From: Octopus sinensis
Taxonomy: Eukaryota
Length of the DNA: 64,000 nt
Reading direction: 5' to 3'
NCBI RefSeq assembly: GCF_006345805.1
Contig: NC_043024.1
Coordinates: 2,170,001-2,234,000 of the forward strand
Positions 1-12,130 of the stretch are shown here, in pieces. A model generated the notes under the pieces. The model made no database searches. It was not told the origin of the DNA and saw only the letters and a program-made list of their open reading frames with translations. Position 1 is the stretch's first letter; each line of letters opens with the position of its first letter. The translations under genes and the position numbers were made by a program.

Positions 1-202
1 ATATCCGGCCCAAATAATCTACCTGTTTTCTGTTAAAACTGCCCACATTTGGTATCTCACATCAGCCTATAATGTCAATCTAAAAACAGGTGATAACATC
101 ATCAAAATCTTAAAGCTACGAAATAATGACATGATTCGCTTAAAACAATATGATGAATAAATATTATATTTGACAGAATAATCTGAATGCTAAAGGGTTA
201 AA
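1..202. mobile_element. MITE-like non-autonomous DNA element (family ending ...gaatgctaaagggttaa); related pieces near 26280-26390, 28796-29003, 36920-37108, 48265-48375
   Basis: Same ~200 bp sequence recurs in both orientations in the window and ends in a ttaacc(c)tttagca-type terminus; no ORF. Confidence 0.55.
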
Positions 203-237
203 GGGTTTACTCCAACAAAACGATTTCATTGCACGGA

Positions 238-380
238 AAAGACACCCAGTGCACTCGATAGAGTGGTTGGCATCAGGAAGAGCATCCAGCTGTAGAAACC
301 CTGCTAGAATAACTGACTGGAGTCTGGTGCAGCTCTCCAGCCTTGCCAGCCCCTGTCAAAAGTCTAACCTATGCGAAGAT
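238..380 (+). mobile_element. Short 3'-UTR derivative of the RTE LINE (diverged)
   Basis: ggttgg..aggaagagcatccagctgtagaaac..ggagtctggtgcag matches the 3' UTR of the LINE at 20233-22990. Confidence 0.7.
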
Positions 381-679
381 GGAAATCCAATAATATTTCT
401 TTATTGGTCTCTTTTGTTAAACTGCTAGGTTACAGGTGCTTAAACAAACCAACACAGTTTATCAAACAATAGGCAAACAAGCACACATATGCATGATGGC
501 TTCCATACAGTTTCTGTCAACCAAATTCACTCACACAATATTGGTTAGCCCAGACTATGATGGAAGACACTTGCCCACGGTGCTGCACATTTTCCAAAAA
601 AGATGGACTTCTGGTGACTGTATACTGTTTCAACAAGGATTGTTATCCCTTATTCTGTTTTTCACAATCATCATCCTCA

Positions 680-900
680 TCATTTAATGTCTGTTGTCCA
701 TGCTGGCATGGGTTGGACGGTTTGACCAGGGCTGGCAAGCTGTACCAGACTCTAGTCTAGTTTGGCATGGTTTCTATGGCTGGATGCTCTTCCTAACACC
801 AAACACTCTGAGAGTATAATGGGCACTTTTATGTGCACTGGCACAGGTGCCAGTTGTGTGACACTAGTATCTGCCACAACTACAATTTCGCTTGGCTTGA
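680..900 (-). mobile_element. Short 3'-UTR derivative of the RTE LINE
   Basis: (atc)n tail followed by ccatgctggcatgggttggacgg..ggatgctcttcctaac. Confidence 0.7.
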
Positions 901-1344
901 TGGGTCTTCTCAAACACAGCATAATGCCAAAGGTCGTGGTCATAAGGAGAATACATTCTACAGACTCTTATTGTCAGATGATTGACCATAAAATACTGAA
1001 ATCAAAACAACCAAGATTTTTATCTATTTTTTTTTTTATTTGGATTTTAATGTGGATTACTTATGTAATTACGTTTACCTTTTATGTCTGAGAATAAAAA
1101 AATTGCTTTATATTATTATTCTTGTTGTCAATCAACTTACCATTTCTCATCTTCAACAAACAAGAACTTCCAGCCTTTACTCCTCAGCCTTCCTAATTCA
1201 TTTTCATCCTCTGCCAGGCATTATATGGAAGTTTTCCTGTTGCTCACAGACAGATACTTTTTTCTTTACGAAAGGATCAATAAATATACTATTAAGCATT
1301 CACCCGATTCCTTGCCTTTTTTTTTCTCCGGAAATTGTAGTTAA

Positions 1345-1665
1345 GACACCCGTGCCAGTGACACGTAAAAAGCACCATTCGAGCGTGGCAGTTACTAGCA
1401 TCGCCTGACTGGCGTCCGTGTCGGTGACACGTAAAAGCACCAACCGATCGTGGCGATTTGCCAGCCTGCTCTAGCCCCTGTGCCGGTGGCAAGTAAAAAA
1501 CGCCCACTACACTCATGGAGTGGTTGGCGTTAGGAAGGGCATCAAGCTGTAGAAACACTGCCAGATCAGACTGGAGCCTGGTGCAGCCACCATGGCTTAC
1601 CAGATGCCGGTCGAACCGTCCAACCCATGCTAGCATGGAAAGCAGACGTTAAACAATGATGATGC
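1345..1665 (+). mobile_element. 3'-UTR derivative of the RTE LINE with internal gtg(c/t)c(a/g)gtgacacgtaaaagcacc repeats
   Basis: Ends ccaacccatgctagcatggaaagcagacgttaaacaatgatgat, as in the LINE tail. Confidence 0.75.
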
Positions 1666-1740
1666 TCCAGCATGGCCACAGTCAAATGACTGAAACAAGT
1701 AAAAGAGTAAAGAGTATATATATATATATATGTATATACA

Positions 1741-2123
1741 CAAAATAAGAAAATGGAGAAACACATCTTAATCAATGATAAACTACCAGATAATTCCCAA
1801 TCACATAATTTATTAAACCACTACATATGAACATTAAGGCCAAACATAATAATATAGAACAAAACAATGCACATCAATGAGTAATATGATACAATAAGTA
1901 CAGTATGTATAAGTGAATATAAATAAATACAAATATAAATATAAACTACATCTTACAGCTGTTTCAGCCATGCAGATATGGGTCCTCATTATGCTCATAT
2001 TAGCTATGTGTGATAGGTTAATATGTGGTTATAAATGAGACACTTACAAAAATATCCCAAGGCCTCTTCAGAGATTATGAAGAACAAACTAAATTAAATA
2101 TGAATATCAGAGGAGGTACACCC
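1741..2123 (-). mobile_element. ~380 bp non-coding element carrying a hammerhead ribozyme, flanked by (TA)n; probable Penelope-like terminal-repeat derivative
   Basis: Bounded by (TA)n at ~1713-1740 and 2124-2136; contains the hammerhead fold at 1950-2075; no ORF. Confidence 0.5.
1950..2075 (-). ncRNA. Minimal type I hammerhead ribozyme (canonical core)
   Basis: Minus strand: stem I ATCT(2075-2072)/AGAT(1953-1950); CTGAAGA(2071-2065); stem II GGCC/GGCT closing a ~90 nt loop; GAAA(1965-1962); palindromic C-AGCT-G stem III; GUA cleavage triplet, cut between 1954 and 1953. Confidence 0.75.
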
Positions 2124-2572
2124 ATATATATATATAAATGTTACTCATGTTGGCGAACTGTTCCTTATCAGTTGTGATATAATTCTTTCAGTAGCTTTCA
2201 ATGTCTCTGTAGTTGCCCCTCTCTCTCTCTCTCTCTATTGTATCTTCTCTACTCTTATAGCAATCTATGCTGATACTGTTCAAGCAGAAATTGTAATCAC
2301 CACCTCTTTGCGTTCCATGATTGACTGTGGATGTTGGTTCTGCCTCACCTGACTTCATTTCATTGTTCCAAAACAACATAGGTGGAGGCAGGGCTGTGCC
2401 ATTACGAAGCTCGCTAGGCAACCAAGAGGTTTGCAGTTCAATCCCACAGAGCAGCAACCTGGGCAAAGATCTTCTATAGCCCTAGGTTGACCAAAGCCTT
2501 GTGAGTGGATTTGATGGATGGAAACTGCATGAAAGACTGTTGTGTGTGTGAGTATGTATTTATATATACTCT

Positions 2573-3088
2573 TTACTCTTTTACTTGTCTCAGTCATTTG
2601 ACTGTGGCCATGCTGGAGCACCGCCTTTAGTCGAGCAAATCGACCCCGGGACTTATTGTTTGGAAGCCCAGTACTTAGTCTATCGGTCACTTTTTGCCGA
2701 ACCGCTAAGTGACGGGGGACATAAACACAACAGCATCGGTTGTCAAGTAATGCTAGGGAGACAAACACACACACGCATATATATATACATATATACGACG
2801 GGCTTCTTTCAGTTTCCGTCCAAAGCCTTGTGAGTGGATTTGGTAGACGGAAACTGAACGAAGCTCGTCGTATATATGTATGTATGTGTTTGTGTGTCTG
2901 TGTTTGTCCCCCTAGCATTGCTTGTCAATCGATGCTGGTGGGTTTATGTCTCCGTCACTTAGCGTTTCGGCAAAAGAGACCGATAGAATAAGTACTGGGC
3001 TTACAAAGAATAAGTGCTGGGGTCGATTTGCTCGACTAAAGGTGGTGCTCCAGCATGGCCGCAGTCAAATGACTGAAACAAGTATAAG
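2573..3088. mobile_element. Inverted pair of family-1 SINE bodies (minus arm 2573-2820, plus arm 2846-3088)
   Basis: Arms are reverse complements of the same SINE body and tail, separated by ~25 nt. Confidence 0.8.
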
Positions 3089-3104
3089 AGAGAGAGAGAG
3101 TAAT

Positions 3105-4065
<961 letters not shown>

Positions 4066-6768
4066 CTATGTTTTCTCTCCTGTGTGAATGTATTTGTGTT
4101 TAGTTAGGTTTTGATTCTCAGAGAATGATTTACCACAGATATCACACTGATAAGGTTTCTCTCCTGTGTGAATGTATTTGTGTTTAGTTAAGTGGTGATT
4201 CTGAGAGAATGATTTACCACAGATATCACACTGATAAGGTTTCTCTCCTGTGTGAATGTATTTGTGTCTAGTTAAGTGGTGATTCTGAGAGAATGATTTA
4301 CCACATATATCACAATGATAAGGTTTCTCTCCTGTATGAATGTATTTGTGTTTAGTTAAGTACTGATTACGAGAGAATGATTTACCACATATATCACAAT
4401 GATAAGGTTTCTCTCCTGTGTGAATGTATTTGTGTTTAGTTAAGTTTTGATTTTGAGAGAATGATTCTCCACAGATATCACACTGATAAGGTTTCTCTCC
4501 TGTATGAATACGTTTGTGTTTAGCTAAGAGATGATTTAAAGAGAATGATTTACCACAGATATCACACTGATATGGTTTCTCTCCTGTGTGAATGTATTTG
4601 TGAGCAGTTAAGTGATGATTTTGAGAGAATGATTTACCACAGATATCACAGTGATAATGTTTCTCTCCTGTGTGAATGTATTTATGAGTAGTTAAGTGGT
4701 TATTTTGAGAGAATGATTCTCCACAGGTATCACAATGATATGGTTTCTCTCCTGTATGAATACGTTTGTGAGTGGTTAGCTCACTATTTCCAGGGAATGA
4801 CTTACCACAGATATCACAATGATATGGTTTCTCTCCCGTATGAATACGTTTGTGTTTACTCAAGTGGTAACTTTGAGAAAAAGATTTACCGCAAATATTA
4901 CAGGGATAGGGTTTCTCACCTGTATGAATGCGCTTATGAGTAATTAAATGATGATTTCGAGAGAATGATTTACCACAGATATCACAGTGATAAGGTTTCT
5001 CTCCTGTGTGAAGGTATTTGTGAGTAGTTAAGTGGTAATTTTGAGAGAATGATTTACCACAGATATCACAATGATATGGTTTCTCTCCTGTATGAATACG
5101 TTTGTGTTTAATTAACTGACTACGTTCAGAGAATGACTTACCACAGATATCACACTGATATGGTTTCTCTCCTGTGTGAATGTATTTGTGAGTGGTTAGG
5201 TCGCTATTTCTAGAGAATGATTTACCACAGATATCACAATGATAAGGTTTCTCTCCTGTGTGAATGTATTTGTGTTTAGTTAAGTTTTGATTTTGAGAGA
5301 ATGATTCTCCACAGATATCACACTGATAAGGTTTCTCTCTTGTATGAATACGTTTGTGTTTAGCTAAGAGATGATTTAAAGAGAATGATTTACCACAGAT
5401 ATCACACTGATATGGTTTCTCTCCTGTGTGAATGTATTTGTGAGCAGTTAAGTGATGATTTTGAGAGAATGATTTACCACAGATATCACAGTGATAAGGT
5501 TTCTCTCCTGTGTGAATGTATTTATGAGTAGTTAAGTGGTTATTTTGAGAGAATGATTCTCCACAGGTATCACAATGATATGGTTTCTCTCCTGTATGAA
5601 TACGTTTGTGAGTGGTTAGCTCACTATTTCCAGGGAATGACTTACCACAGATATCACAATGATATGGTTTCTCTCCCGTATGAATACGTTTGTGTTTACT
5701 CAAGTGGTAACTTTGAGAAAAAGATTTACCGCAAATATTACAGGGATAGGGTTTCTCACCTGTATGAATGCGCTCATGAGTAATTAAATGATGATTTCGA
5801 GAGAATGATTTACCACAGATATCACAGTGATAAGGTTTCTCTCCTGTGTGAAGGTATTTGTGAGTAGTTAAGTGGTGATTTTGAGAGAATGATTTACCAC
5901 AGATATCACAATGATATGGTTTCTCTCCTGTATGAATACGTTTGTGTTTAATTAACTGACTACGTTCAGAGAATGACTTACCACAGATATCACACTGATA
6001 TGGTTTCTCTCCTGTGTGAATGTATTTGTGAGTGGTTAGGTCGCTATTTCTAGAGAATGATTTACCACAGATATCACACTGATAAGGTTTCTCTCCTGTG
6101 TGAACGTATTTGTGAGTAGTTAAGTAATTATTTCGAGAGAATGATTTACCACAGATATCACAATGATATGGTTTCTCTCCTGTGTGAATGTATTTGTGAG
6201 TGGTTAAGTGGTGATTTTGAGAGAATGATTTACCACAGATATCACAATGATATGGTTTCTCTCCTGTATGAATACGTTTGTGTTCAATTAACTGACTACT
6301 TTTAGAGAATGACTTATCACAGATATCACACTGATATGGTTTCTCTCCTGTATGAATACGTTTGTGAGTGGTTAGGTCGCTATTTCTAGAGCATGATTTA
6401 CCACAGATATCGCAATGATGTGACTTAACCACAATGTGGATGCATTTGTGAATAGCTAAGCTATGATTCTGAGAGAATGATTTACCACAGGTATTACAGC
6501 GATACAACTCGACACCTGCGTGAATGTGTTTATGTGTGGTCAAACGAACCTTTTCAGAGAATGATTTACCACAGATGTCACAGCGATAGAGATCCCCTCC
6601 TGCAGGGAAACATTTGTGAATCGTCTGTTCATCTTTGAGAAAGAAGGACTTGTTGCAGACATCACAGTGAAATGATGTTTTCTCTTCTTCTGTTTCATCT
6701 TCAGTAAAATCAATCCTTAACGACTGTGTATTACAATTATCCTCATTATCACGTAATTCATTATCCAT
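4066..6768 (-). CDS. C2H2 zinc-finger protein ZNF-A, 900 aa: 32-aa acidic leader plus 31 finger units (unit 1 degenerate)
   Basis: Uninterrupted ORF; 32+31x28 aa; CxxC-12-HxxxH with TGEKP linkers; no KRAB/SCAN/BTB/SET domain seen. Confidence 0.92.
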   Translation of the reverse strand: MDNELRDNEDNCNTQSLRIDFTEDETEEEKTSFHCDVCNKSFFLKDEQTIHKCFPAGGDLYRCDICGKSFSEKVRLTTHKHIHAGVELYRCNTCGKSFSQNHSLAIHKCIHIVVKSHHCDICGKSCSRNSDLTTHKRIHTGEKPYQCDICDKSFSKSSQLIEHKRIHTGEKPYHCDICGKSFSQNHHLTTHKYIHTGEKPYHCDICGKSFSRNNYLTTHKYVHTGEKPYQCDICGKSFSRNSDLTTHKYIHTGEKPYQCDICGKSFSERSQLIKHKRIHTGEKPYHCDICGKSFSQNHHLTTHKYLHTGEKPYHCDICGKSFSRNHHLITHERIHTGEKPYPCNICGKSFSQSYHLSKHKRIHTGEKPYHCDICGKSFPGNSELTTHKRIHTGEKPYHCDTCGESFSQNNHLTTHKYIHTGEKPYHCDICGKSFSQNHHLTAHKYIHTGEKPYQCDICGKSFSLNHLLAKHKRIHTREKPYQCDICGESFSQNQNLTKHKYIHTGEKPYHCDICGKSFSRNSDLTTHKYIHTGEKPYQCDICGKSFSERSQLIKHKRIHTGEKPYHCDICGKSFSQNYHLTTHKYLHTGEKPYHCDICGKSFSRNHHLITHKRIHTGEKPYPCNICGKSFSQSYHLSKHKRIHTGEKPYHCDICGKSFPGNSELTTHKRIHTGEKPYHCDTCGESFSQNNHLTTHKYIHTGEKHYHCDICGKSFSQNHHLTAHKYIHTGEKPYQCDICGKSFSLNHLLAKHKRIHTGEKPYQCDICGESFSQNQNLTKHKYIHTGEKPYHCDICGKSFSRNQYLTKHKYIHTGEKPYHCDICGKSFSQNHHLTRHKYIHTGEKPYQCDICGKSFSQNHHLTKHKYIHTGEKPYQCDICGKSFSENQNLTKHKYIHTGEKT
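4405..6084 (-). repeat. 840-bp (10-finger) tandem duplication inside ZNF-A: fingers 8-17 = fingers 18-27
   Basis: Helix series RNSD/ERSQ/QN(H,Y)H/RNHH/QSYH/GNSE/QNNH/QNHH/LNHL/QNQN occurs twice; antisense ORFs 4713 and 5553 are near-identical at offset 840. Confidence 0.95.
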
Positions 6769-6846
6769 TATTTTTCTCCTCTCACCACAAAGTCCAAATG
6801 TCTTTTTTTTTATATTCTATTCCCCAGTTATTTCTGTTGCTTGAAA

Positions 6847-7040
6847 TGCTTAGCGGCCTTTCGTCTGTCTTTTTGTTCTGAGTTCAAATTCCACCGAGGT
6901 CGACTTTGCCTTTCATCCTTTCAGGGTCAATAAATAAAGTACCAGTTTCACACTGGGGTAGATATAATCGACTTAATCGCTTTGTCTGTCCTTATTTGTA
7001 CCCTCTATGTTAGCCCCCTAGTGGGCAATAAAGAAATAAA
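6847..7040 (+). mobile_element. Family-3 tRNA-type SINE (5'-truncated) in the predicted 5' UTR of ZNF-A; paralogous copy 18624-18820
   Basis: B-box-like gagttcaaattcc, then gaggtcgactttgcc..gtgggcaataaagaaata tail. Confidence 0.8.
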
Positions 7041-7689
7041 TATTTCCATCAACTGTAATCATTGTCAATATCTGAGGGGGCTGCCAATTCCTTTGCAATC
7101 CAGGTTTAATTAGAATACATGATTGGTTTTCTTGCACCTATTCCAGGCAGTAAAGTACAGAAATGCTGCTAATAATCACACTCCCAAAGAAAATCTTTTA
7201 CAATACTATAATCGATTTATATAAACAGGGTAATATTTCTTGTGTGTAGCATCTTAGTTTCATCTCAAAGAATATATCATATATATTCATGATGTGTTCG
7301 ATGTAAAATCTTCTTTTATGCTAAATATCCTCTCTGATACTCTGAAATAAAAAAAAAATAATATGAGATATAGAATATACTTGAAAAGTAAAGATTAAAT
7401 AATGAAAATTTTATTACGTTTTAATACTGATAAACTGGAGATATAAACCTTTAGCTGGCCAAATAAACGTTAACACGTCAGTCTGACAAACAAACAAGGA
7501 GATTATAAGGTAGTCGTGGGATGTGCTAAAAATAATAGTTAAATAGCTCTTAAATCACGCAGCAATTTCAAAAATTTTGTTTTGGTTTCTGCACAATCCT
7601 ATGAATTACAGATTCGCAAGAGTTTTCTAAAAATTCCCAAAAAGTTTTGAACCAACAAAGAATTTATAATTTACATCTGCTGTTTGTTT

Positions 7690-8062
7690 GTTGAGCGAAG
7701 CGGTCTTCGTCCCAGAGCTCGCAAGATGGAAGAAGTCGGAAACGCGGTCCTTTGCTATTCGTAAGATCCGCAGAAGAGAAAGCAGGGCAGCCCCCCCGCC
7801 CCCGAGAGCATCGACGGATGGATGAATGCGCATCCAGGCTCGGCGGTTGCGTAGGAAGTCGGGGGACAAGAAACAGGAAGAAAGAGTGAGAGAAAGTTGG
7901 GGCGAAACAGTACAACAGGGGTCGCCACAACCCTGTGCTAGAGCATCGTGGAGCTTTAGGTGTTTTCGCTCAATAAACACTCACAACGCCCGGTCTGGGA
8001 ATCGAAACCGCGATCCTCCGAATGCGAGTCCGCTGCCCTAACCACTGGGCCACTTCGCCTCC
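7690..8062 (-). mobile_element. Family-2 tRNA-derived SINE with tail type A; paralogous copy 19455-19845
   Basis: Head ggaggcg..gcccagtggttagggcagcggactcgc..gtttcgattccc (A/B boxes) plus a GC-rich tail. Confidence 0.8.
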
Positions 8063-8395
8063 ACTTACATCTGTTTTATATGAAATACCAGAAGTTATTG
8101 TGTTAAAAAGAGCAAGGACTAATGTTTACATTGAAACGGTTGATGATGATGATGATGATATATATATATATATTTATTGCCCACAAGGGGATATACAAAA
8201 AGGGGACAAACAAGGACAGACATAGGGATTAAGTCGATTACATCGAACCCAGTGCATAACTGGTACTTAATATATCGACCCTGAAAGATGAAAGGCAAAG
8301 TCGACCTCAGTGGAATTTGAACTCATAACGTAAAGACACATGCATTTCGCTCGTTGTGCTAATGTTGCTGCCAGCTCGCCACCTTTATATATATA

Positions 8396-9032
8396 CTAGC
8401 AGTATCGCCCGGCGTTGCTCGGGTTTGTAAGGGAAATAACTATATAAGCATTTTTAGAGAGTTATAGCCAAAAAATAGCAAAAAATGCATTAAAAACGGA
8501 AAAAATTTGATGGTAAATTTTTTTTTAAATCGTTGACTCATCGTAGACATTTTTAGAGAGTTACTTCCCTTATATAATAGCGAAAAAATGCATTAAAATG
8601 GAAAAAAAATGATGGTAAATTTTTTTTTATATCGTAGATTCATGTAGACGCTTTCTTAGCCATCTCTGTTTTGGTGTCCTCAAGCCATGAAGTCGTTGTT
8701 CTAAAAGAACACTGGTCTCCTTGACAACGCATTACGACGTTGATTTCCTTACACTCCCTTCCCCACAGGTGCAGGTGTGAGCGTGGATGCCAACTCCGCC
8801 ACCATCGACACACGAAAAATTATGCATTAAAATGGTATAAAAAATGATGTTAAATTATTTTTAAAATCGTAGACTCATCGTAGACGCGCGCTAATATTCA
8901 GACGGGCTCGATATGAATCACGACTATAAGCTACCCGAATTTGGTTAAACTGTACCGCAAAATGTGGGAGTAGTTAGGAATCTAAATCGAAGGGGACAGA
9001 CACTCACACAACTACAGTTTTATTTATATAGA
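8396..9032 (-). mobile_element. Non-autonomous Helitron-like element
   Basis: 5' TC(tatataaata), 3' hairpin cccg-agcaacgc-cggg then CTAG|T; same ends at 46183-46478 and 50478-50855. Confidence 0.7.
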
Positions 9033-9049
9033 TATACATAGCGCAGTAG

Positions 9050-9340
9050 TGGTGAGATATGACAGCAAAGAAAAGCATACATTCACTCTCTGCATGCAAT
9101 TAGACTCGGAAAGTGCGTGAGGAACCCATTGACCCAATTTGCTGACTTTTCCGATAGCACACAGGTGTCAATGAATGGTTGAATGACCAAATCCAAGCTT
9201 CTCTGCTAGTTCCTCAACAGTTACGATGATATTTTGTTCCACCAGGGTTTTCAGGATGTCCTTGTCGAGTTCTACAGATCTTTCAGGATGAGGCTCGTCT
9301 TCTAGGCTGTAGTTTATGGCTCAGGATTTCTGGAACCACC
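9050..9340 (-). mobile_element. Mariner transposase remnant (HTH region)
   Basis: My translation WFQKS*AINYSLEDEPHPERSVELDKDILKTLVEQ..TVEELAEKLGFGHSTIH*HL..IGKVSKLGQWVPHALSE contains the mariner WVPHEL-like motif; in-frame stops. Confidence 0.85.
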
Positions 9341-9523
9341 ATTGACACTGCCTTACGCTTATTGTCCAATCCCCATATACTGCATTAATATTTCTTGTAC
9401 TTTGCACACATTTATATTCTGTTATTCTTTTATATGTTTCAGCCTTGAGGTTGTGGCCATGCTGGATCATGTGTGTGTGTGTGTCTATCTGTCTGTCTGT
9501 CTGTATGTATATATGTATATGTA

Positions 9524-9555
<32 letters not shown>

Positions 9556-9977
9556 AGTGTATGTTTACTTTATTACTAATTACTCTCTTCCAAGAACATT
9601 TTCACTCACTCTTAGCTTCCCATACATTTTACTCATGTATCTATCAGCGTCATAGACAGAATACTTTCACTTTAGTCTTCCTCAAATCACTCTGTCGCTA
9701 TTTACTTTCATTTTATTCGTTGCCCACTGTGTGTGTGTGTTTGCGTGTGGTGTAAACCAGACTAAGAGAAGCATTTGACACACACACCAGAATGTGAGTT
9801 TTCTGTAAATTTTGCTTAATTGGAGTTTAAATTTTAAAAACTGGACCTGGCATGACGCGATGCATTGCACTCTTAAAACTGCTAGGTAAATTGTAATTGA
9901 AGAAATCCTATATTGTAGACTTGTATAACTCCCAAAGGAAGGCAAATAAGATCTGCCTTTTATAATAAGAGATATAT

Positions 9978-10055
9978 TATAGAAGGAGCTTCTACAGAAC
10001 TAGAATTGTTTCATACAGATGAAACAATTCTAGTCCTGTAGAAGCTCCTTCTATA
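9978..10055. repeat. 78-bp near-perfect palindrome (37-nt arms, 4-nt loop, 1 mismatch)
   Basis: tatagaaggagcttctacagaactagaattgtttcat-acag-atgaaacaattctagtcctgtagaagctccttctata. Confidence 0.9.
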
Positions 10056-10257
10056 AAATAAATTACTTTACACTGCTATGTATTGAGTACCTTATTTACT
10101 GTGGTTAACCCCGACTCAACCCGGGACCTATATATATATACATATATGTATATATATCGGTAAAACGGTAAGATAACAAATGAAAGAAAGAGACCTCAAT
10201 ATTATGTAAATAGAGGAAATTTATCTATAAAATAATGTTACATTTACTCAATAGTCA

Positions 10258-10320
10258 AGATAAAACGCTGAGTTTCAGATGCCGAAGTGGAAATCCACAA
10301 CACCATCTCTTCGGTTATCT
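10258..10320 (-). ncRNA. Core-variant hammerhead-like fold in ZNF-A intron (stem III partly broken)
   Basis: AGATAA-CCGAAGA-GATG..CATC-T-GAAA-CTCAGCG-TT-TTATCT; paralogue of 23128-23190. Confidence 0.4.
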
Positions 10321-11149
10321 GGCCATCTGAAAAAACGCTATGAAAAAATACCGTTATATAAAGGGAAATTACTGTATTATAATTCTGCGCGCGAAAACCC
10401 ACGTGCGTACTTATACGTCACTATGGAAACGTACATATCTTCACTCGCATTTTTCGCCAAATATATACGCATATATATACAGCCTCATACACACACACAC
10501 ATGCGTACCGTAAAAGTTCATACATACGTCTTTATACGCACAAACACAAGAAAAACCCTATTTAAAGGTAACAGAAAAAAAAAACATAAGGAAGTATACA
10601 AAGCATAAAAACCACGTTCATATACGGACATGCCCCTATGCACTCATACACACACACACACGCCCCTATATGTACATACCCGCACATATTTATATACGCA
10701 TACATACACACGCATATACAAAAAATGAATATATATATGCCCCCCCCCCACAAAAAAATGGAAAAATACTAAGTAAAAACGTCTATATATATATATATAT
10801 ACATATATATGCACATACACACACACAAAAGTTGGCGATTACAAAGGTATTTCACAAGAATCATATATATAGTGGAAGCCGCTTATTGTGATCATTTCCG
10901 TACAGCATTGGCCAACACCTAACAGATGACGTTAAACAAATATAAAGTCTGAACCAATTAATTTCGATAACAATAACCGGCTGATAACGTTATCCGCTAT
11001 TCCGATTGACCGCCACTCCATTCCTGCCCAGCCTACATCAATACACAACAAACTACGGCATTTCTATAAATCGCAGTATTTGCTATACAACGTCTTCAAT
11101 CAGATCGTATTCCTCTCCAATATATATACATATATATATAATAACTTAC

Positions 11150-11250
11150 CCCTGATGCTTAATAAATAAATAAATATTTATTTACTTTCGATTTCGTCTC
11201 CAAAGAATTGAGGAAACGTGACAAGCCGGAAGTAAGGTGCGTCATGTGAC
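11150..11250 (-). promoter_or_regulatory. Predicted non-coding exon 1 and core promoter of ZNF-A
   Basis: ETS-type CCGGAAGT (11226-11233) and E-box-like GTCATGTGAC (11241-11250) just upstream of the donor; conserved in copy B. Confidence 0.55.
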
Positions 11251-11489
11251 TTAGCTCGGTGGTTAGCGCATCGGGCTATCAATCGCGAGTTAGTGAGTTC
11301 GATTCCCTGGATCTTTTCGTTTTGACTGGCAGATTTTTAAATTAATTTCTTTGTAACTAAACACTTTTAGACTTAAGTACCAGTTACGCACTGGGGTCGA
11401 TGTAATCAACTTAATCCTTTTGTCTGTCCTTGTCTGTTCCCTCCTATCTTTTCCGTTTGAACAGCAGTTTTTAACATACTTTCTAGGTA

Positions 11490-11760
11490 ACTAAACACTT
11501 TTAAACTTCGTGTAATGGTAGAATTTGTTACATAAAACATCATTTTCTCTTGGCTTTCTTGAGAAAATTCTGTAGTTTGTAAGCTACAATTATTGCTGTT
11601 AATAAACTACGGCAGATATTGTATTCACCTGAATAGACGTCATTGATTGGTTGAAATTGCCGAAATGCAAGAAATTAAACAACAAATAGCTTACAAGCTA
11701 CAGAATTTTCTCAAGAAATCCAGGAGAGAAAGATGTTTTATAAACACATTCTACCAGTAT
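11490..11760. mobile_element. Fold-back MITE with long inverted arms; partial copies near 29590-29760 and 30185-30320
   Basis: taaaacatc..ttgagaaaattctgtagtttgtaagcta mirrored by tagcttacaagctacagaattttctcaag..gatgtttta. Confidence 0.6.
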
Positions 11761-11859
11761 ACGAATTTTAAAGAATAAGTCCTGGGGTCGATTTGATCGA
11801 CTAAAGGCGGTGCTCCAGCATGGCCACAGTCACATGACTGAAACAAGTAAAAGAGTAAA

Positions 11860-12069
11860 GAGAGATAGATAGATAAACAGGTAGATAGATAGGTCGGTAG
11901 ATAGATAGGTATGTAGGTAGGCAGATAGATAAATAGACAGACAGATAAGATAGATAGATAGACATATATAGATAAATAGACAGACAAATAGATGGATAAA
12001 CGGATGGACGGATGGATAGAGAGAGACAGACAGATTGATAGTTAGACACAAATAGATAGATAGATAGAT

Positions 12070-12109
<40 letters not shown>

Positions 12110-12130
12110 AAGATAGATAGATGGATAGAC
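11860..12130. repeat. (GATA)n/(GA)n compound microsatellite
   Basis: Visible simple repeats. Confidence 0.9.

Larger units (their letters stand above)
7342..11149 (-). other. Predicted intron 1 of ZNF-A (paralogous intron 19120-24068 in ZNF-B)
   Basis: Minus-strand donor catcaggg|gtaagt at 11149 and acceptor T-rich tttcag| at 7342; both preserved in copy B (24068, 19120); exon 2 starts non-coding (stops in all frames). Confidence 0.6.

Noticed and set aside
4713-5783. Antisense ORFs over the ZNF arrays (also 18000-18203, 31168-31572)
   Set aside because: By-products of the repetitive finger codons on the opposite strand
10279-10608. Duplicated ORF MPKWKSTTPSLRLSG.. (also 23149-23595)
   Set aside because: Overlaps a repeat and microsatellite; the two copies change frame relative to each other; no domain recognised
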